DNA from: Nanobdellota archaeon
Lineage (GTDB): Archaea > Nanobdellota > Nanobdellia > Nanobdellales > Nanobdellaceae
Direction: 5' to 3'
Assembly (NCBI GenBank): GCA_042850255.1
Contig: AP031373.1
Coordinates: 390,001-422,000 of the forward strand
DNA: 32,000 bases
The notes under the pieces were generated by a model that did no database searches, was not told the origin of the DNA, and saw nothing but the letters and a program-made list of their open reading frames with translations. The translations under genes were made by a program, and so were the position numbers. This document shows, one piece after another, positions 31,950 to 32,000 of the stretch (the first letter of the stretch is position 1; the number at the start of each line of letters is the position of its first letter).

Positions 31950-32000
31950 ACTAGTATATGTATTTTTAATAGATACACTTAGTGGATTATTTTTTTTTTT

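Noticed and set aside
1-32000. Scan for CRISPR arrays, rRNA genes, transposases/IS ends, inteins and introns
   Set aside because: No regularly spaced direct repeats were seen, and no long GC-rich rRNA-like stretches. No DDE or serine recombinase motifs were recognised. RNAP and FtsZ read through without intein-like insertions. The tRNA has no intron.

Overview
Very AT-rich (about three quarters A+T by eye), gene-dense archaeal sequence. Intergenic junctions are tiny or overlapping, and GC-rich islands mark structured RNAs; the tRNA has all-G:C acceptor and T stems, as in thermophiles. Gene content fits a reduced Nanoarchaeota/DPANN-like genome: rpoH, split rpoB, rpoA'/A'', L30e, archaeal S12/S7, P0, Spt5, SecE, XerA, PdaD and a C/D-box sRNA. 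That taxonomic placement is inference only. Layout: (i) 1-12078, minus strand: an operon-like array of 13 genes. It holds a FlaJ/TadC-like membrane protein, eight proteins with short pilin-type (class III-like) N-termini, a papain-fold cysteine protease, two DUF333-like paralogues and a 400-aa polytopic membrane protein. This is the candidate novel system, a pilus/bindosome-like surface apparatus with cysteine-rich cargo. (ii) 12114-13353: DUF371 and ATP-grasp genes. (iii) 13404-23521, plus strand: rpoH-rpoB''-rpoB'-rpoA'-rpoA''-L30e-S12-(membrane protein)-S7-pdaD. (iv) 23516-25231: xerA, a GC-rich hairpin plus C/D-box sRNA, and a frameshifted Fpg/Nei gene. (v) 25319-30221: an L11-(small ORF)-L1-P0-(67-aa ORF) operon divergent from secE-spt5, then ftsZ, an FKBP-type PPIase and tRNA-Lys(CUU). 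(vi) 30222-32000: a hypothetical ORF, a GC-rich candidate ncRNA with a palindromic promoter, vapBC and a truncated canonical archaeal pilin start. No rRNA, CRISPR array or transposase was recognised.
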